Assembly: GCF_034668105.1 (NCBI RefSeq)
Contig: NZ_JAXDPY010000636.1
Coordinates: forward strand, 1-42,259
DNA: 42,259 nucleotides
Source: Paraburkholderia sp.
GTDB lineage: Bacteria > Pseudomonadota > Gammaproteobacteria > Burkholderiales > Burkholderiaceae
Reading direction: 5' to 3'
The position numbers and the translations under genes are program-made. The notes beneath the pieces are model-generated. The model was not told the DNA's origin, did not search any database, and was given only the letters and a program-made list of their open reading frames with translations. Below are positions 38,450-42,259 of this stretch, one piece after another. Every line of letters starts with the position of its first letter. The first letter of the stretch is position 1.

Positions 38450-40003
38450 ATGCAGGTGATCAAGTTGTCTTTTTCGCAAAAACTCTGGCTGCCGCTGGTT
38501 TTGTGTCTTCTGTGCTTCGCCGGACTCTCGGTGATCGACGCCTATCGCACTCGAGACGTTCGTCTAGAAGAAAGAAAGGCCGATCTGGTGCATGCCACGG
38601 AACTTGCCGTTGCAGTCGTCAAGACGTTCGCCGATCAGGCCGCTGCCGGAACGATTACGGTCGACGAGGCGAAGAGGAAGGCCATGGATGCCGTGCGCAA
38701 TATGCGCTACGCGGGCTCCGACGGCTACTTCACGATCATCGACTCCGAGCACGTTCTGATGCATCCAATCCACCCCGAAATCGAGGGCCGGGACGTGAGA
38801 GGGTTCAAGGACCCGAATGGCGTACTCACCTTCCAGGTTGCCATCGATATAGTGAACCGAGAGGGCAAAGGCTTCACTCGTATTGCGTTTTCGAAGCCTG
38901 GTGTCAGCGGCGTCTTCCCGAAGATCACGTATGAGGACAGCTATCGCCCGTGGGGCTGGATTATTCTGACCGGCGTCTATCTCGACGATATTAACGCTGC
39001 TTTCCATACAACCTTGTACGAGAGCGTCGGTGTACTTGTCGCGGTTGGCGCGTTGCTGAGCCTCGTAGTGATCTTGCTTAATCGCGGCATTCTGCGCTCG
39101 CTCGGTGGCGAGCCCGCTTACGCGGCTGAGATCGCGACGCGCGTTGCGAATAACGACCTCACGGCTGTCGTCAAGACCGTGCCGAGCGACCGCAGCAGCC
39201 TCCTCTACTCCATGAAGCGGATGCAGGATCAACTGACGGAGACAATGCGCACGATCACGACGTCGGCCGAATCGATCGCATCGGCCACGGGCCAGATCGC
39301 CGCCGGCAACCTGGACCTCTCGCAGCGCACGGAGGAGCAAGCGGCGGCGCTGCAGGAAACAGCTGCGACCATGGAGGAACTGACCTCGACAGTCAATCAG
39401 AACGCCGACAACACGCGTCAGGCAAGTCAGGTCGCCGCGCGGGCGGTACAGGTCGCGCAGCGCGGCAGCAGTGTGATTTCGCAGGTCATCGATACGATGA
39501 ACGGCATCCAGGCGAGCTCGGACAAAATTGCCGATATCGTCGGCATGATCGAAAGCGTAGCGTTCCAGACCAACATCCTCGCGCTCAACGCCGCTGTCGA
39601 AGCCGCCCGCGCCGGCGAGCAGGGCCGGGGGTTCGCTGTCGTCGCGAGTGAAGTACGCTCGCTCGCGCAGCGCTCGTCGTCGGCCTCGAAAGAGATCAAG
39701 GGACTCATTCGGGACTCCGTGGAACGCGTGCGAATCGGCGCCGAGTTCGTCACCACGGCCGGCGTAACTATGGACGAGATCACACAATCAGTGCAGCGTG
39801 TCACCGACATCATGGGCGAGATCGCCGCGGCGTCGATCGAGCAGAGCCATGGTATCGGCCAGGTCAGTAAGGCTGTCACGCAGATGGACTCGGTGACACA
39901 GCAGAACGCGGCGCTCGTCGAGCAGGCCGCCGCAGCCGCGAGCTCGCTCGAATCGCAAGCCGGCGATTTGCGCTCGTCGGTAGCGGTCTTCCGGCTCCCG
40001 TAG
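38450..40003 (+). CDS. Methyl-accepting chemotaxis protein with a single Cache domain
   Basis: TM1, Cache (MRY..GYF..MHP..KDPNG..PWGWII.TGVY), TM2, and signalling motif [27 protein letters not shown]. Confidence 0.93.
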   Translation: MQVIKLSFSQKLWLPLVLCLLCFAGLSVIDAYRTRDVRLEERKADLVHATELAVAVVKTFADQAAAGTITVDEAKRKAMDAVRNMRYAGSDGYFTIIDSEHVLMHPIHPEIEGRDVRGFKDPNGVLTFQVAIDIVNREGKGFTRIAFSKPGVSGVFPKITYEDSYRPWGWIILTGVYLDDINAAFHTTLYESVGVLVAVGALLSLVVILLNRGILRSLGGEPAYAAEIATRVANNDLTAVVKTVPSDRSSLLYSMKRMQDQLTETMRTITTSAESIASATGQIAAGNLDLSQRTEEQAAALQETAATMEELTSTVNQNADNTRQASQVAARAVQVAQRGSSVISQVIDTMNGIQASSDKIADIVGMIESVAFQTNILALNAAVEAARAGEQGRGFAVVASEVRSLAQRSSSASKEIKGLIRDSVERVRIGAEFVTTAGVTMDEITQSVQRVTDIMGEIAAASIEQSHGIGQVSKAVTQMDSVTQQNAALVEQAAAAASSLESQAGDLRSSVAVFRLP

Positions 40004-40260
40004 GCGGTGTACAGGCCATCGGGCGGCCTGGCACAGAGACCATGCTGCTTTCGTTGGCGCGAGACGCGAGACACCAGGTCTTCTTTCTTTGAGGGATCGA
40101 CGCACTCCGATCAAACGGCTTTTGCGGTTCCTTGAAGTCGCGTTTTTACCGCTTCGTCGTTATCCGCAATCTTCGCAGTGGACTCACCAGGACTCGTGCG
40201 CAACTTACCGAAACGGTTATCACGCATTCACTTTAACTCACGGCAAAAAAACGGATTCCT

Positions 40261-41598
40261 ATGCTTTACCCAACCGACATACGAGATGTCGAGACAATTG
40301 ATCGCGGCACACGAGTGCGGGCGCTGTTGGCCAGCGGTATCGGTAGCACCATCGAATGGTACGACTTCATCCTTTACGGAACCATGGCGGCGATCGTTTT
40401 CGGCCCCTTGTTCTTCCCCGCCCGCGATCCGTCGGTCGCATTGATGCTCTCGTTCGCGTCATTTGCGCTGGCGTTCGCAATGCGCCCCATCGGCGGCATC
40501 GTCTTCAGTCATATCGGTGACAGGATCGGCCGCAAGAAAACGCTAGTCATGACGCTCTCGCTCATGGGCGGCAGCACCCTGGCTATGGGGCTTTTGCCCG
40601 ATTACAACGCCATCGGGGTCTGGGCTCCTATCCTTTTGACAGTACTACGCGTCATTCAGGGAGTCGCGCTGGGGGGTGAATGGGGCGGAGGCGTCCTGCT
40701 GGCGGTGGAGTACGCGCCCAGGAAATACCGGGGCCTTTTCGGTGCGGTCCCGCAAGTCGGAACCATGTTGGGGCTTGCTTTGGGTTCGCTGGCAGCGTCG
40801 GAGGCGAGCGCGCTCTTCTCGAAAGAGGATTTTCTCAGGGTCGGCTGGCGGATTCCTTTCATTCTGTCTTTCGTCCTGGTCATCATCGCTTTTTGGATTC
40901 GCCGCTCGGTCGATGAAACTCCGTCCTTCAAGAAGGTCCTTGCGAGCAACAGCGCGAACAAGGTGCCATTACTGGAAACCATCAAATTCCACTGGCGGGC
41001 AGTGCTGGTGACCGTCGGGGCGAAGTTCATCGAAACCTCCGTCTTCTATATCTTCGCAGTGTTCTCGATTTCCTATACCATCGGCCTCGGCTTCGAGCGG
41101 ACCGATACGCTCAATGCAGTGTTGGTTGCCTCGCTTTTATCTGCTCCGATGGTCCTCTTCAGCGCGTGGATCTCCGACCGAATCGGCCGGAAAAAGATTT
41201 TTATTATCGGCGCCCTCGCTAGTATGGCCTTCGTTCTACCCTTCTTCTGGCTCGTTCATCAAAGATCGATCGCGTTGCTGTACCTGGCCATCGTTGTGGG
41301 CTTCGCGGTCATCTATCCCATGGTCGGCGCTGTAATGGGTCCATTGTTTGCCGAGAATTTCCCACCGGAAGTTCGATACACAGGTATTTCGCTGGGTTAC
41401 CAGCTCGGAACCGCACTGGTTGGTGGTCCACTCCCACTTATCGCTACGGCGCTCCTGGTTGCCTTCCACGGCTCCTATATCCCGATCGCCCTTTTCGTAG
41501 GTCTCTGCGGCATCGTTTCCTTGATTGCCATCTCGTTCGCCAAGGAAGGCCGCGGCGAGGATCTCGACGCCAGGAAGACCGTTCCTCCATTGGGGTAG
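40261..41598 (+). CDS. MHS-family MFS transporter (metabolite:H+ symporter)
   Basis: GSTIEWYDF, RPIGG..GDRIGRK, QGVALGGEWGG, GWRIPF, ETPSF, RYTGISLGYQ. Confidence 0.92.
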   Translation: MLYPTDIRDVETIDRGTRVRALLASGIGSTIEWYDFILYGTMAAIVFGPLFFPARDPSVALMLSFASFALAFAMRPIGGIVFSHIGDRIGRKKTLVMTLSLMGGSTLAMGLLPDYNAIGVWAPILLTVLRVIQGVALGGEWGGGVLLAVEYAPRKYRGLFGAVPQVGTMLGLALGSLAASEASALFSKEDFLRVGWRIPFILSFVLVIIAFWIRRSVDETPSFKKVLASNSANKVPLLETIKFHWRAVLVTVGAKFIETSVFYIFAVFSISYTIGLGFERTDTLNAVLVASLLSAPMVLFSAWISDRIGRKKIFIIGALASMAFVLPFFWLVHQRSIALLYLAIVVGFAVIYPMVGAVMGPLFAENFPPEVRYTGISLGYQLGTALVGGPLPLIATALLVAFHGSYIPIALFVGLCGIVSLIAISFAKEGRGEDLDARKTVPPLG

Positions 41599-42259
41599 GG
41601 CCTGCGCTCGACGCCGCAGAACGCCCGCCGCGCCTAAAGAACCCAATAGCCGATAACGGATGAGATATGCCTGAAGCTACGCGAATCTGGATGACCAACG
41701 TTGGGTCGAGGTGATTGCGTGGAACGGGCTGTCGCATCGTCGCTGGACCCGGGGCAAGATCTGGAACTCTGCGCGCAATCTACCCACGCCACCGATGTCC
41801 CAGCAATTACAACCGAGGCGGACGAAGCACACCACCATCCGGCTCTCTCGACGCGGCCGTGCGAATCGGCCTTCCCTTATGATCGCCGTAGGAACGGCCG
41901 CTTTCTGATGCAGAGCGGCCGCCCGAATGTCCAAAGAAGCGTGCAACTGAGCGGCGCTTCATGGCCGACCCCAGCCGGTGCCGATTGCGATGACGACGCA
42001 CCAGTTTTCCAAACGATGACTGTACCTCGGGGCCACCGCTCCACATATCGTTTCTGCTCAACCCGCCGACGGTAGGTATCGCTGCTGACGCGTGTTGGGT
42101 CGCGTCGCACGATCATGGAAAAAAGTTCGTCCAGGCGGGGCACGGACTGACGCGGTTGGCCGCGCCCGACCATATGGCGCTTATATATATTCGGGGCGGC
42201 CTTTGAGACGTAAGAGCAACTCACGGCACTCTTGCGCGTCGCGCTGACAGATCTTGCAG

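Noticed and set aside
38564-39787. Long antisense ORFs (also 29584-30570, 32009-32803, 10822-11649)
   Set aside because: These are shadow frames of well-supported GC-rich genes and carry no motifs of their own.
41600-42259. Short ORFs and a hairpin (~41895-41921) at the right end
   Set aside because: No recognisable motifs. There may be a gene tail entering from outside the window, but it cannot be identified from this sequence.

Overview
GC-rich betaproteobacterial DNA; the porins, DUF2968/DUF4148/DUF3563-type small proteins and MetR/MetE sequences point to Burkholderia/Paraburkholderia (inference). It reads as an accessory patchwork with several deletion scars and no recognisable IS, integrase, rRNA, tRNA or CRISPR. 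From left to right: (1) back-to-back 3' remnants of metR and metE fused at 366-368, followed by an intact cobalamin riboswitch and btuB; (2) an SRPBCC gene, decayed fragments, small ORFs and a porin; (3) yncE-like beta-propeller, sterol desaturase, a chimeric flavin-monooxygenase remnant and argE; (4) AraC plus an EmrB/EmrA/OMF efflux pump, RidA, an MBL hydrolase and an AraC/SDR pair; (5) an orphan MreB paralog lacking the catalytic glutamate, next to DUF2968; (6) the best candidate for an undescribed system, a LysR-centred catabolic locus at ~27.4-38.2 kb. That locus holds tartrate/D-malate dehydrogenase, an amidase, an H. pylori PgdA(HP0310)-like hydrolase, a small CxxC protein, a COG0523 GTPase and a ureidoglycolate-lyase-like cupin on the minus strand. 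An AMDase-like racemase-GAF fusion, an MFS transporter and a porin lie on the plus strand, and the two promoters share one operator/-10 architecture. (7) The window ends with a Cache MCP and an MHS transporter. All family calls come from motif recognition by eye, without database searches.
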